Assembly: GCA_965238225.1 (NCBI GenBank)
Contig: OZ250183.1
Span: 288,001 to 352,000, forward strand
DNA length: 64,000 nucleotides
Reading direction: 5' to 3'
Origin: Gammaproteobacteria bacterium
GTDB taxonomy: Bacteria > Pseudomonadota > Gammaproteobacteria > Eutrophobiales > Eutrophobiaceae
A program made the position numbers and the translations under genes. A model generated the notes under the pieces. The model saw only the letters and a program-made list of their open reading frames with translations, was not told the DNA's origin and made no database searches. Shown here in pieces: positions 10,932 through 21,927 of the stretch (within the stretch, counting starts at the first letter, position 1; every line of letters begins with the position of its first letter).

Positions 10932-11597
10932 TTATTTGTAATATGTAGGATCCGGGATCCCGGCGCGCTCAAACCCTTCTTTTCTAAATCGGCAGGAGTC
11001 ACAAACACCACATGCCGCTCCATCCTCTTTTGCCTGATAGCAGGATATGGTTAAGCCATAGTCAATTTTTAGCTTGTGTCCTCGCTGAATAATTTCAGCC
11101 TTGCTGAGATCAATTAGTGGGGTATGTATTGTTAGTTTTGTGCCACAAACACCAGTTTTCGTTGCCAGATTTGCCATGCGCTCAAAGGCTCGAATATATT
11201 CTTGGCGACAATCTGGATAACCAGAATAATCAACGGCATTAACACCGATAAAAATATTATTGATATCCAATATCTCTGCCCACGCCAGTGCATATGAAAG
11301 AAAAATGCTATTTCTTGCTGGTACATAAGTTATCGGGATGCCGTCTGTTGGTGACTCAGGAACATCGATATTATCATCTGTTAGTGCAGAGCCACCAATC
11401 TGGGTCAGATCAAGAGCAATAGTTTTCTGCTCAACGACGTTAAATGTATTTGCAATTTTTGTGACGGCGGCGAGTTCTGCTTTGTGTCTCTGACCATAAT
11501 TAAAACTTAAGACATAACATTCATAACCTTGATCCTTTGCCATGGCCAATGTTGTGGCAGAATCAAGCCCACCGGATAGAAGAATAACTGCTTTCAT
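10932..11597 (-). CDS. queC: 7-cyano-7-deazaguanine synthase
   Basis: [26 protein letters not shown]. Confidence 0.96.
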   Translation of the reverse strand: MKAVILLSGGLDSATTLAMAKDQGYECYVLSFNYGQRHKAELAAVTKIANTFNVVEQKTIALDLTQIGGSALTDDNIDVPESPTDGIPITYVPARNSIFLSYALAWAEILDINNIFIGVNAVDYSGYPDCRQEYIRAFERMANLATKTGVCGTKLTIHTPLIDLSKAEIIQRGHKLKIDYGLTISCYQAKEDGAACGVCDSCRFRKEGFERAGIPDPTYYK

Positions 11598-11646
11598 TAG
11601 TTTATTTATCTAGAATCATTATATCTGTATGTTGTTTTCCAAGACG

Positions 11647-12327
11647 CTATTTTCCTGGAATATTGCCCCAAAGATATTTATGTAATTGTATTTGTAATCT
11701 GACTGGTAATTGATCTTCCAATATCCAATCGGCTAGTTGTGCGCTTTGAATTTCGCCATGACTAACGGAAAACAAGATCTCACATCGTTCACATAGATTA
11801 TATTCACATAATTTTTCTTTTGACCATTCATAATCTTCACGATTACAAATAACAAATTTAACTTGATCATTGTTTGTCAGATGACGCATATTTTCATATA
11901 GATTTTCATCGACTTCACCAGAAGCAGGTGTTTTTAGATCGACAATCCTGGCAACACGACTGTCAATATTTTGAATGTCTAGCGCGCCGCTGGTTTCCAA
12001 TGAAACATCATATCCAGCATCACAAAGCATCTCCATCAGAGCCTTGCAATTTTTTTGTGCTAGAGGTTCTCCGCCTGTTACAGTGATTTGTTTAGTCTTA
12101 TAACCAGAAATTTCTTTCATGATTTCAGCAAATGTCATTTTGTCGCCATCATGGAAGGCATATTCTGTATCGCAATAAACGCAGCGCAGCGGACAACCAG
12201 TTAAGCGTATAAAAATAGTAGGCAATCCTGTCCTGACAGATTCCCCTTGGATCGAGAAAAATATTTCGTTGATCTTTAATGCTAAATTATTGTTTTGGTC
12301 ATTGTTTGATGAGGCTTGTGGCATCAT
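11647..12327 (-). CDS. queE: 7-carboxy-7-deazaguanine synthase (radical SAM)
   Basis: SIQGE, CPLRCVYCDT, TGGEP, QLHK; adjacent to queC. Confidence 0.95.
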   Translation of the reverse strand: MMPQASSNNDQNNNLALKINEIFFSIQGESVRTGLPTIFIRLTGCPLRCVYCDTEYAFHDGDKMTFAEIMKEISGYKTKQITVTGGEPLAQKNCKALMEMLCDAGYDVSLETSGALDIQNIDSRVARIVDLKTPASGEVDENLYENMRHLTNNDQVKFVICNREDYEWSKEKLCEYNLCERCEILFSVSHGEIQSAQLADWILEDQLPVRLQIQLHKYLWGNIPGK

Positions 12328-12409
12328 TAGATAGATAATTGTGGTGACCTGAAAGTTATTTCAGGGTTCATTGAATAAATCTACAAATAAAAAATGAATA
12401 TTGGTTATT

Positions 12410-13438
12410 TTATGGATCGTTGATATTTCTTAAACGATGATTCGCTAGACGAGATGCGGTTGTATTAGGGAAGCGTTGTCTTAAATCATTGTACCAGAGC
12501 TTGGCTTCGGAGATTTTATTTAGCGCCTGATAACTATAACCAATCTTTAACAAACTGTGAGAGACTTTTTCACTTTCTGGATAATTGCTAAGGAGATTAT
12601 TGTATTCTCTGATCGCATCTTCGTACAAGTGTTTCACATATAATGCTTCTGCTATCCAGTATTGTGCGTTATCTAAATATTGACTATTCGTATATGTTTG
12701 CAAAAATATTCTGAAAACTTTGATAGCTTGGTCATACCGAGATTGTTTCAGTAATTTAAACGCCTTGTCGTATTGGTATTTTGCTTGTGCCTGAACATCA
12801 TCAGCTTCTGTATTTTTTTTTGGCTTTGTGCGTTGGCTTCTCAACGCCTGCAGTTGAATTCTACGCTGAGAGTCAATTAACTCTTTTTTCTTTTCATCAA
12901 GCTCAGCAATTAACCTGCTATATTCATCAATTTTATTGGTATATTGGTCAGGGTCAACAATATCTTCATCTGCCTCAGTCTCCATTTGGTTTTGAGGCGG
13001 CATGATTATGTCCATCGGATCCAATGTTTCCAGCGGAGGATCATCGTCTTCTATTTTTTCGTTTGGCAACTGTTTGGTTATATTCGTACCTTCAATTGAT
13101 TCTAAGCGGCGGGAAATATTCGTATATAAATCACGCTGTCTGTTTTCAATGGTGTACTTGTTCTCTTCAACAACACCACGCAGTTTGGCGACTTCACCCT
13201 GTAGAGATTCTATCTGTTGTAACATATCCAATAAGGCACTGCTTTGTAATAAACGCTCTATGTTAGCCAAGCGTTTTTTCATCTCTGGCGATATTGGTGT
13301 TGTAACTGGAGCTTCGGTCTCAGCAGACACCGTAGTGCAAAAAAAAGCTCCAGAAAATAAAATACCTACACTTATTAATCCCTTAAATATATATGAGCGC
13401 CCTGACACGGAGGTGCTGTTATACTTGGTAAAGCACAT
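12410..13438 (-). CDS. cpoB: Tol-Pal system protein CpoB/YbgF
   Basis: Signal peptide, N-terminal coiled coil (RLANIER, LRGVVEE) and C-terminal TPRs (NAQYWIAE); directly after pal. Confidence 0.88.
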   Translation of the reverse strand: MCFTKYNSTSVSGRSYIFKGLISVGILFSGAFFCTTVSAETEAPVTTPISPEMKKRLANIERLLQSSALLDMLQQIESLQGEVAKLRGVVEENKYTIENRQRDLYTNISRRLESIEGTNITKQLPNEKIEDDDPPLETLDPMDIIMPPQNQMETEADEDIVDPDQYTNKIDEYSRLIAELDEKKKELIDSQRRIQLQALRSQRTKPKKNTEADDVQAQAKYQYDKAFKLLKQSRYDQAIKVFRIFLQTYTNSQYLDNAQYWIAEALYVKHLYEDAIREYNNLLSNYPESEKVSHSLLKIGYSYQALNKISEAKLWYNDLRQRFPNTTASRLANHRLRNINDP

Positions 13439-13479
13439 TGTTAAGCAATACCTATTTTAAGCAATACATATAGAACGCC

Positions 13480-14022
13480 TTAATAAATAATTTGTACGCG
13501 CCTGTTTTGACTCCATGAATGCTCATCATGATTGTCTATTACTGGTTTTTCTTCGCCATAACTGACTGTATATATCTGGTTAGACGGTACGCCCAGTAAA
13601 GTCAGTTGGCGTTTTACAGTTTGTGCGCGTTTTTCACCCAAAGCCAGATTGTATTCACGTGATCCGCGTTCATCTGCATGACCTTCTAATGTGACGGCGG
13701 TATTTAGATTTGTGACAAGATAAGTAGCATGAGCTTCAATTGTAGTGCGATTCTCTGGTTCAATATCGCTTTTATCATAATCAAAATAAATAATTTTGTT
13801 TATTGGCTGGCTGGCTGGCTGGTTTAGTGAACTTATACCAGAGCGTTCAGCATCTTCAGTCCCGTAGGTTTGAATTTTTGAGTTACCACTTTGGTTTGCT
13901 CCTTGACTCCCAGTAGCAACACCACGATCTTCAATAGCAACACCATCCTTTTTTGATGCATATCCACAAGCAGATAGAAAAGCTGCGAATGTTAAAATTA
14001 TCATTAGGTTTTTGTTCACCAT
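13480..14022 (-). CDS. pal: Peptidoglycan-associated lipoprotein
   Basis: Lipobox LSAC, OmpA domain (IYFDYD, GHADERGSREYNLALG, NRR). RBS AGGAG precedes the ATG at 14022. Confidence 0.95.
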   Translation of the reverse strand: MVNKNLMIILTFAAFLSACGYASKKDGVAIEDRGVATGSQGANQSGNSKIQTYGTEDAERSGISSLNQPASQPINKIIYFDYDKSDIEPENRTTIEAHATYLVTNLNTAVTLEGHADERGSREYNLALGEKRAQTVKRQLTLLGVPSNQIYTVSYGEEKPVIDNHDEHSWSQNRRVQIIY

Positions 14023-14147
14023 TTTTCTCCTGTAAGCACTAGATGAATATTGGAACATGGTAACATAAATTTATGTCATCTCTTGATTATCGTCCCATAA
14101 AGTTATTCTCCAAGTTAAGAGTGTTTAGGGTTCATCATCTTAAAATT

Positions 14148-15455
14148 TTATTTTCTGGATAAAAAAGGTCCCCATGCGGGCTCTAGAACCACCCCATTTT
14201 GCAGCTCCAAGCGTTGGTGAATTTGTCCATCTGCTGAGACAGTGGCAAGGGATGTGCCGCGAAAACTAGTTTTGGCATAGATAATAATATGGTCATTGGG
14301 TGCAAAACTGGGAGATTCATCCAGCCGCGCCTTGGTTAATATGTCGAAATAACCGTTATGTAAATCAAGGATGGCAATTCGGTAGACTCCTTTTTCGCCT
14401 GTTACCATGGTCAGGAATTTATCATCAGAGGAGTAGCGCGCCCTAGCATTGTAATCGCCCTCAAATGTGAGGCGTCTTGCCACTCTATCACCAAATAAGT
14501 TAACTTCATAAATTTGTGGACTGCCACCACGGTCAGAAGTAAATGTCAGTTTTTGCCCATCACTAGACCAGTCAGGTTCAGTATCAATCGCCTGATTTTG
14601 TGTGACTCGTTGCAAAGATTTTGAAGCAAGATGCATGATATAAATTTCAGTATTTCCATCTTTAGACAAAGTCATAGCCAAATTTTTCCCGTCTGGTGAC
14701 CAGGCAGGCGCGCTATTAATACCTGTATTTGCCGCGACCTTATCACGCTTTCCGGTTTTTATATCTTGCACAAAGATGGCAGAGTTTTTATCTTCAAAAG
14801 AAACATAAGCTAAGCGTTTTCCATCAGGTGACCAGCTTGGGGACAGCAAAGGTTCTGGTGACTCAAGCAAGACTTGAGGATTATGACCATCAGCATCAGC
14901 AATCTGCAAGACATAGGCCTTTTTACCATCGCGTTTTTTATTGATAGCAATATATGCAATACGAGTTGCGAATGCGCCACGAACGCCGATTATTTTTTCA
15001 TAAATGATATCACTGATTTCATGTGCAGCAGTTCTTAATTGGTTTTTTGTCGAAGGCAATCTAAATCCGGCGATCTGTTTTTCTTTGTAGACATCAACTA
15101 AGCGGAACTCGATTTTATAATCTCCCGTGTTGGTTTCAATGAGCTTACCAATGACAAGATTTTCCATGCCCAATAAACGCCAGTCTTTAAAATTTATATT
15201 TTGAAACTCAGTTGGGTATTGTGGTAAGTCTTTAAAGTCCATTATCTCAAAGCGCGCGCTGCGCTTAAGATCCTCTGCAATTATTTCTGACAGATCATCA
15301 GGTGGCATTGTTGCTTGCGACCAGGCAAAGGGAACGATAGCAACAGGGATTGGATTTTCCACACCTTGTTCAATGGTGATCTCAAGAGCCATTACATCGC
15401 TTAACATCAACGCTACGCATGTAAAAAATATTATTCTAATGCTTTTTGGTTTCAT
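14148..15455 (-). CDS. tolB: Tol-Pal beta-propeller protein TolB
   Basis: PD40 repeats (SPSWSPDG, APAWSPDG, FTSDRGGSPQIY); synteny. Confidence 0.95.
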   Translation of the reverse strand: MKPKSIRIIFFTCVALMLSDVMALEITIEQGVENPIPVAIVPFAWSQATMPPDDLSEIIAEDLKRSARFEIMDFKDLPQYPTEFQNINFKDWRLLGMENLVIGKLIETNTGDYKIEFRLVDVYKEKQIAGFRLPSTKNQLRTAAHEISDIIYEKIIGVRGAFATRIAYIAINKKRDGKKAYVLQIADADGHNPQVLLESPEPLLSPSWSPDGKRLAYVSFEDKNSAIFVQDIKTGKRDKVAANTGINSAPAWSPDGKNLAMTLSKDGNTEIYIMHLASKSLQRVTQNQAIDTEPDWSSDGQKLTFTSDRGGSPQIYEVNLFGDRVARRLTFEGDYNARARYSSDDKFLTMVTGEKGVYRIAILDLHNGYFDILTKARLDESPSFAPNDHIIIYAKTSFRGTSLATVSADGQIHQRLELQNGVVLEPAWGPFLSRK

Positions 15456-15478
15456 TTTTATATTCGTTATTAAAAATT

Positions 15479-16297
15479 TTAGTTCTCTGGTTTGAAGTTC
15501 ATCTTAATTTTTCGAAAACCAAGTTTTTCAAATGTTGTTACATCATCAGGCACAGGCAGTGGTGATGCTTTTTGTGCTGCGGTTACAGCACGTCTGTCAA
15601 AAATATCATCACCACTTGATCTTGCAATGTTAACATTTATGATTTCACCACCGGGTACTAAATATATAAGTAATTTGCATTGTAAACCAGAGGGTAAGCC
15701 TGTCGTATTAAAATTATCTGTGATTTTTCTTTTAATCTTTCTCACTATACTGTTTGTTAAAATCTGCTCTCTTTTAGCCTGTTCAGCTTCTTCTTTTTCT
15801 AGTGCATCAGCAAGTTCTTCTTCACGACGTTTTTTCTCAGCCGCATCTTTCTTTTTTTGTTTTGCTTCTTTTATTTTTTTCTCTTCTAACTTACGTTTTT
15901 CTTCAAGTTCTTTTTTTTCTTTTTCCAGTTTTTTAATTTGTGCTTTTTCTCTTTTAAGTTTTTTTTGTTCCAGTTCTTTTAGTTTTTTTGTATCTGCAAG
16001 TTTTTTCTCTTCTGCCTTAAGTTTTTTTTCTAGATTTCTAGTTTTTTTATTAAGGTCATCCAGACGTTTTTTTTCTTTTTTACGTTTATCTTTTTCAATT
16101 TTTTCAATTTTTGCCAATTCAATTTCAATTTTCTTTTTATCAACAGCAAAAGCCTTGACAGTATCTTCATTTTTCCGCGCTTGATTTTTTGGTTTTGGCG
16201 AGGAATCAAAACTGAGAATTAACAATGCGCCAATAACGATATGCAATATTAAAGACAATACGCTTGATTTGAGTGTCGTAAACCAACCAATTCTCAT
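15479..16297 (-). CDS. tolA: Cell envelope integrity protein TolA
   Basis: TM with SxxxH motif, Lys/Glu-rich coiled coil, TonB-like C-terminus (SSGDDIFDRRAVTA); between tolR and tolB. Confidence 0.9.
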   Translation of the reverse strand: MRIGWFTTLKSSVLSLILHIVIGALLILSFDSSPKPKNQARKNEDTVKAFAVDKKKIEIELAKIEKIEKDKRKKEKKRLDDLNKKTRNLEKKLKAEEKKLADTKKLKELEQKKLKREKAQIKKLEKEKKELEEKRKLEEKKIKEAKQKKKDAAEKKRREEELADALEKEEAEQAKREQILTNSIVRKIKRKITDNFNTTGLPSGLQCKLLIYLVPGGEIINVNIARSSGDDIFDRRAVTAAQKASPLPVPDDVTTFEKLGFRKIKMNFKPEN

Positions 16298-16303
16298 TAG
16301 GCA

Positions 16304-16729
16304 TCATTTCTCGAGTGATTCAGTAATTATACCGACACTAGGCACACCAGAACTTTGCAATAAAGCCATTAAACCAACCACGCGACCATAACGGACATTT
16401 TTATCACCACCTACTACCACCGGAATGCCGGGATGATATTTTAATAAGGCATTAACACGATGGGCTAAATCTTGAGCGCTAATAGGTTTATCTGGATTCT
16501 CGCCGTAATTAATAAAAAAATTTCCTTCAGCGTCAACATTAATGAGCACGGGTGCTTTATTTTGTTCTGTCTGTAATGGTTCCGATGGAACCTGTGGCAA
16601 ATCGATTTTTACACCTTGACTGAGCAAGGGAGTGGTGATCATAAATATCACCAGCAACACAAGCATTACATCAATATAAGGAACCACATTGATGTCACTT
16701 ATAGGACGTTTGCGTACGCGCTGTTTCAT
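16304..16729 (-). CDS. tolR: TolR
   Basis: INVVPYIDVMLVLLVIFMIT motif. Confidence 0.95.
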   Translation of the reverse strand: MKQRVRKRPISDINVVPYIDVMLVLLVIFMITTPLLSQGVKIDLPQVPSEPLQTEQNKAPVLINVDAEGNFFINYGENPDKPISAQDLAHRVNALLKYHPGIPVVVGGDKNVRYGRVVGLMALLQSSGVPSVGIITESLEK

Positions 16730-16757
16730 ATGTTATTCGTTGTCTAGGTTTTGGGTT

Positions 16758-17438
16758 TCATGAGTGTGCATGTCGATGAAGAATAGAAGAAAATTCATCC
16801 ATGAAAATATCGTATCGACTGATCAATCTTTCAATATCGTTTGTATAACGGTTGTAGGCAATCACCGCTGGTATCGCAGCGAACAAACCCATAGCTGTTG
16901 CGATCAAGGCTTCGGCAATTCCTGGCGCAACTAATGATATGGAGGCTTGTTGGACATTTCCCAAGGCACGAAAGCTGTTCATGATGCCCCACACCGTGCC
17001 AAATAAACCGATATAAGGGCTGGTTGACCCAACGGTTGCCAGAAATGAAAGATTGGTTTCAAGGATATCAATTTCTTTATTCATGGCGATACGCATGGCA
17101 CGTTGCGCACCTTCAATGATGGCATCTGCCCGTGTATTTTCTTGCTTACGTAAGCGCGCGAATTCTTTGAAACCAGATTCAAATATCTTTTCCATTCCCG
17201 TTGGTTTTATTTTCTTACTGGATACTTGGTTATAAAGCGGTGAAAGATCTTCCAGAGACCAAAACTGATCTTCAAAGACATTGGCTGCTTTTATTGCGTT
17301 GTTTAACATGACATGTTTATTAAAGATCATCGTCCATGAGATAAGCGAAATAATGACTAATGACAGTATTACCAGTTGAACCAGCAAGCTGGCGTTAATA
17401 ATTAACTGCAAAAAGCTAAGATCAGTTTCTGGCGACAT
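16758..17438 (-). CDS. tolQ: TolQ
   Basis: SPYIGLFGTVWGIM, APGIAEALIATA. Confidence 0.96.
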   Translation of the reverse strand: MSPETDLSFLQLIINASLLVQLVILSLVIISLISWTMIFNKHVMLNNAIKAANVFEDQFWSLEDLSPLYNQVSSKKIKPTGMEKIFESGFKEFARLRKQENTRADAIIEGAQRAMRIAMNKEIDILETNLSFLATVGSTSPYIGLFGTVWGIMNSFRALGNVQQASISLVAPGIAEALIATAMGLFAAIPAVIAYNRYTNDIERLISRYDIFMDEFSSILHRHAHS

Positions 17439-17857
17439 TAGTTTAGCTCCGATATAATTGTTTCAGGGATGGGTTCGGGTTTCATCGTTTTGCAGTTGAT
17501 ACAGGCAATTTTGATCTCTGCCTTGCAGACGATTTCTTCAGATTGGTTAGAAATAATTTGCTCAAAAATTAGACTGGCTTTGCGTTTTAAGATGATGTGT
17601 GTTTTGACATTAAGCAGATCGTTAAAAAGTGCTGGTTTACGATAGTCAATATTTATTTTACATACGGCAAATAAAATTTCATCTTGTTCAATCAGTGTGT
17701 GTTGTTCAAAACCAATATGACGCAGCCATTCTGTGCGAGCACGCTCCATAAAGTTGAGATAATTACTATGATAGACAACGCCGCCCGCATCTGTGTCTTC
17801 GTAATAGACGCGTATCTGTAGATTAGTTTCATTTTTTATGAGTTTACTTTTCATCAA
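17438..17857 (-). CDS. ybgC: Tol-Pal-associated acyl-CoA thioesterase
   Basis: [28 protein letters not shown]. Confidence 0.93.
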   Translation of the reverse strand: MMKSKLIKNETNLQIRVYYEDTDAGGVVYHSNYLNFMERARTEWLRHIGFEQHTLIEQDEILFAVCKINIDYRKPALFNDLLNVKTHIILKRKASLIFEQIISNQSEEIVCKAEIKIACINCKTMKPEPIPETIISELN

Positions 17858-18902
17858 AAAGATCCATATCTGATTTGTTTGTCTGTGATTCGATCATTTT
17901 AGGTGCATCCAGACCAAAATGTAGATAAGCCATTTTTGTTGCGGTACGTCCTTTTGCTGTTCGCATTAAGAAGCCTTGTTGGATAAGGAAAGGTTCAAGC
18001 ACATCCTCTATGGTATCGCGCTCTTCACAGATGGCCGCAGCAAGGTTGTTAAGTCCCACAGGGCCGCCATCAAACTTCTGGATGATGGTCAGTAATAATT
18101 TACGATCCATCATGTCAAAACCATGAATATCGACATTCAACATATCTAATGCCTTGTTTGATAATTCCGCAACGATCTTACCATCAGCTTTTATTTCGAC
18201 GTAATCACGGACACGTCTCAATAAACGGTTAGCAATACGGGGCGTGCCCCTTGAACGTATTGCAATTTCTTTGGCACCGGAGTCGTCGATGTTGACCTCG
18301 AGAATTTTGGCGGAACGTTTGACGATACTGGATAATTCGTTGGTGCTATAGAATTCGAGTCGCTGCACGATGCCGAAACGATCTCTTAAGGGAGAAGTTA
18401 ATAAGCCAGCGCGAGTTGTTGCGCCGACTAGAGTAAAAGGCGGCACATCCAGTTTGATCGCACGGGCAGCAGGACCCTCGCCAATCATAATGTCGATTTG
18501 ATAATCTTCCATAGCAGGATACAGAACTTCCTCGACCACTGGGCTTAAGCGATGGATTTCGTCAATGAAGAGCACGTCGTTAGGTTCAAGATTGGTCAAT
18601 AGCGCAGCCAGATCGCCTTGTCGCTCCAGTACCGGGCCTGCGGTTTGGCGCATGTTAACGCCCATTTCATTGGCGATGATATGCGCCAGTGTAGTTTTCC
18701 CAAGACCGGGCGGGCCGAAGATTAATACGTGATCTAGAGATTCATTACGTTTCTTTGCTGCACCGATGAAAATCTCCATTTGTTCATGGATAGATTGTTG
18801 GCCAAGATAATCTACGAGCCGTTTGGGACGCAAGGTATTGTCTGCTGTAATATCCTCAGCAGTGCTGACAGGCGTGATGTTTGGGTTGGGTTCGGCGGTC
18901 AT
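17844..18902 (-). CDS. ruvB: Holliday junction branch migration helicase RuvB
   Basis: [29 protein letters not shown]. Confidence 0.97.
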   Translation of the reverse strand: MTAEPNPNITPVSTAEDITADNTLRPKRLVDYLGQQSIHEQMEIFIGAAKKRNESLDHVLIFGPPGLGKTTLAHIIANEMGVNMRQTAGPVLERQGDLAALLTNLEPNDVLFIDEIHRLSPVVEEVLYPAMEDYQIDIMIGEGPAARAIKLDVPPFTLVGATTRAGLLTSPLRDRFGIVQRLEFYSTNELSSIVKRSAKILEVNIDDSGAKEIAIRSRGTPRIANRLLRRVRDYVEIKADGKIVAELSNKALDMLNVDIHGFDMMDRKLLLTIIQKFDGGPVGLNNLAAAICEERDTIEDVLEPFLIQQGFLMRTAKGRTATKMAYLHFGLDAPKMIESQTNKSDMDLFDEK

Positions 18903-19507
18903 TATTTTTTTATGGATGTCTTGAGCGCTGCGCGAATAATCTCTTCGCTGCTCATGTCATCTGTGGCGACGGCAAGGACGAAACGACTGGCTTCCTGAGG
19001 TTTATAACCCAGTCCAATTAAGGCACCGATAGCATCATCGGAATGGTTGCTGCGTTGTTTCGCTGCGTTGTTTGGGTCATAATCGATAGCAGATGTTAAT
19101 TTCCAATCTTTCAGGCGGTCACGCATCTCTATAATAAGTCTTTCAGCCGTTTTTTTGCCAACACCGGGCAGTCTGACCAGATTGCTGGTATCACCATCAC
19201 GGATGCATTGCGCAAAGACATCGGTTTCCATACCCGAAAGTATGGTCAACGCCATTTTTGCGCCGACACCATTCACTTTAATTAAGGTGCGAAACATAGT
19301 GCGCTCTTCTTCTGTGGCAAAGCCAAATAACAGATGGGCATCATCCCGTATCGCCAAATGGGTGAGCAAGGTGACTTCTGCACCTGTATCAGACAATCTA
19401 TAAAAGGTTGTCATCGGCGCTTCGAGTTCGTAAGCAACGCCTTGCACATCAACCATCATATACGGCGGTTGTTTGCGGATTAATATGCCACGTATTTGAC
19501 CTATCAT
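18902..19507 (-). CDS. ruvA: Holliday junction branch migration protein RuvA
   Basis: MIGQIRG, HhH motifs GVGAKMA and [10 protein letters not shown]. Confidence 0.96.
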   Translation of the reverse strand: MIGQIRGILIRKQPPYMMVDVQGVAYELEAPMTTFYRLSDTGAEVTLLTHLAIRDDAHLLFGFATEEERTMFRTLIKVNGVGAKMALTILSGMETDVFAQCIRDGDTSNLVRLPGVGKKTAERLIIEMRDRLKDWKLTSAIDYDPNNAAKQRSNHSDDAIGALIGLGYKPQEASRFVLAVATDDMSSEEIIRAALKTSIKK

Positions 19508-19537
19508 AGTGTTTTCCTGATCATAGTACGGAGCACC

Positions 19538-20050
19538 TTATGGGCTGCCCGTGACATCGTGCATGCCTTCAATGCGCATTAAGGTTTCTCTGGAATGGGC
19601 ATGACATAGTGCTATTGCCAGTGCATCTGCCGCATCCTCTTGGAGATCTTCCTGTAGGCATAGCAAAATCTTTACCATATGCTGCACCTGATTTTTCCCA
19701 GCATGACCCTTGCCCACCGTGGCTTGTTTCACTTGATTGGCGGTATATTCAAAAATTTCGAGCTGTCTTTTGGCGCAAGCAGCAATAGCGACACCTCTGG
19801 CCTGTCCAAGTTTTAAAGCGGAATCTGCATTTTTGTACATAAATACCTTCTCAATAGAGACTTCTTCAGGTTGATAGTCGCTAATGGCATCATCGATCTC
19901 AGTGAAGATTTGGTACAATTTTTCTGACAGTGTTGCACCTTTGACCTGAATGCAACCATTGCCTATGTGGCTCGTATGATTGCCTTTAATATCAATGACA
20001 CCGAAACCGGTGAAACGAGAGCCTGGGTCGATGCCAAGTATTCGAGTCAT
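19538..20050 (-). CDS. ruvC: Crossover junction endodeoxyribonuclease RuvC
   Basis: ILGIDPGS, SALKLGQARG, DAADALAIALCH. Confidence 0.96.
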   Translation of the reverse strand: MTRILGIDPGSRFTGFGVIDIKGNHTSHIGNGCIQVKGATLSEKLYQIFTEIDDAISDYQPEEVSIEKVFMYKNADSALKLGQARGVAIAACAKRQLEIFEYTANQVKQATVGKGHAGKNQVQHMVKILLCLQEDLQEDAADALAIALCHAHSRETLMRIEGMHDVTGSP

Positions 20051-20245
20051 TAGATTATTTAAGCCTTAGTGCTGTTACGCTCTATTGCTTACACCTGTGC
20101 AGGTTATACACTCGTCTATTGTTCGTTAAAAATATTTGCTCAATACTCATATGTTGCTTATATATTTTGTCTGATCGATCATTTTTGATTTCTACAGTTA
20201 TCATTCGTGATGTTGCATATATCAACGAACACGAAGAAGGCATGG

Positions 20246-20992
20246 TTAATTTAATTGCGCCTGAATATCATCAGGAATATCTGCATTGGAATAAACTTTT
20301 TGTACATCATCAATATCTTCCAATACATCAAGCAGGTTTAGCATAGTCTCTGCATTTTTAAGATCCAGCGTCGCTGAGGTTGAAGCGTGCATGGTAACTT
20401 CAGCGTTTTCTGGCAGAAGCCCAGCTGTGATCAGTGCATTTTTAACATCCACAAGGCTGTCTGGTTCGGTGAGTACATCAATTGACGTATCATCATGAGT
20501 GACAACATCCTCTGCGCCGCTTTCTAGGGCAGCATCCATAATGGCATCTTCATCTGCGCCTGTAGGGTATGAAATCAGACCAACCTTGGAAAACAGATAC
20601 GCCACCGATCCGTCTGTACCTAGATTACCATTGTATCTGGAAAAGGCATGGCGCACTTCAGCGACTGTGCGGTTCTTGTTGTCTGTTATGGTATCTACAA
20701 GGATTGCAGTACCGCCTGGTCCATAGCCTTCATAGCGAATTTCTGCAATGTTTTCACTTTCATCATTATCGCCACCACGTTTGATTGCCCTTTCAATCGT
20801 ATCTTTCGGCATGCTTTGAGATTTAGCGCTATCAATCGCTGCCCGTAACCTAGGGTTGGCATCCGAGTCAGTACCACCCATTTTTGCAGAAATGGTAACT
20901 TCACGAATCAATTTGGTGAATAATTTACCGCGTTTGGCATCTTGCCTGCCTTTGCGGTGTTGGATATTTGCCCACTTACTATGTCCAGCCAT
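20246..20992 (-). CDS. yebC: YebC/PmpR family regulator
   Basis: [18 protein letters not shown]. Confidence 0.95.
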   Translation of the reverse strand: MAGHSKWANIQHRKGRQDAKRGKLFTKLIREVTISAKMGGTDSDANPRLRAAIDSAKSQSMPKDTIERAIKRGGDNDESENIAEIRYEGYGPGGTAILVDTITDNKNRTVAEVRHAFSRYNGNLGTDGSVAYLFSKVGLISYPTGADEDAIMDAALESGAEDVVTHDDTSIDVLTEPDSLVDVKNALITAGLLPENAEVTMHASTSATLDLKNAETMLNLLDVLEDIDDVQKVYSNADIPDDIQAQLN

Positions 20993-21174
20993 AATGGGGT
21001 ATAGTCCTCCTTATAGTATGTACGAATTCTACCACTTGTGGGCAGCCTTCCCAAGTAGTGTCATATTGTGTTTGAACTTAATATGTACATACGAGAATCG
21101 CACAGAAATAACAAAATATATATCACTGCTTGATTGGTTTTTCTATAATGTATGTTAATGGTGGAGTTATTAAA

Positions 21175-21918
21175 ATGCGAATAATGGTAAATGTAATCGT
21201 AATAACATTATTATTTTTTGTTAGCAGTGTTCAGGCTTTGGCAGCGCCAAGACACGATTCGTTTGATAAAGTTTTGCAAGCACATGTGCATGAGGGAAAG
21301 ATTAATTATCCCGCGATTCAAAAAGATAAACGTTTTCAAGATTACCTGACATATCTTGCCGAGGCAGACCCGAAAATGTTTTCCACAGAAAATGAAAAGC
21401 TGGCATTTTGGATAAATGCCTACAATGCGCTAGCCATCAAAGGCATCATTGATGGTTTGAGTCCCTCAGGTTTTTTCTCTCGCATTATTTATTTTAAATC
21501 AACTGACTATAAGTTAGCTGGTCGTGATATCAATCTATACGATTTGGAACGTGACATTATTATTCCATTTGACGAACCACGAATTCATTTTGCAATCGTT
21601 TGTGCCTCGGCATCTTGTCCGAACTTGATCTCGGAAGCTTATGTGGCTGATAAACTTGAACAACAACTGGAAGACAATACTAGGTATTTTATTAATAACG
21701 ATTTTAAGAATCAGTTTGACCTTAAGAAAAAAATCGCACAGGTTTCTAAAATATTTGACTGGTTTGTTGAAGATTTCAAAAAGCATTCTGGATCAGTGCA
21801 GAAATTTATTGTACGTTATGTTGGAGATTCGGACTTGGCAAAATTATTAAACGAAGATGCGTTTCGTATAAAATACCTTAGATATGACTGGTCATTAAAC
21901 GGAATACCAATTAAATAA
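21175..21918 (+). CDS. Exported DUF547 domain protein
   Basis: Signal peptide; LAFWINAYNA, EPRIHFAIVCASASCP, SKIFDWF, YDWSLN. RBS GGAG precedes the ATG at 21175. Confidence 0.88.
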   Translation: MRIMVNVIVITLLFFVSSVQALAAPRHDSFDKVLQAHVHEGKINYPAIQKDKRFQDYLTYLAEADPKMFSTENEKLAFWINAYNALAIKGIIDGLSPSGFFSRIIYFKSTDYKLAGRDINLYDLERDIIIPFDEPRIHFAIVCASASCPNLISEAYVADKLEQQLEDNTRYFINNDFKNQFDLKKKIAQVSKIFDWFVEDFKKHSGSVQKFIVRYVGDSDLAKLLNEDAFRIKYLRYDWSLNGIPIK

Positions 21919-21927
21919 TAGATCGAT

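Noticed and set aside
15492-16184. 230-aa Phe/Ser-rich plus-strand ORF
   Set aside because: Antisense shadow of the Lys/Glu-rich tolA coiled coil.
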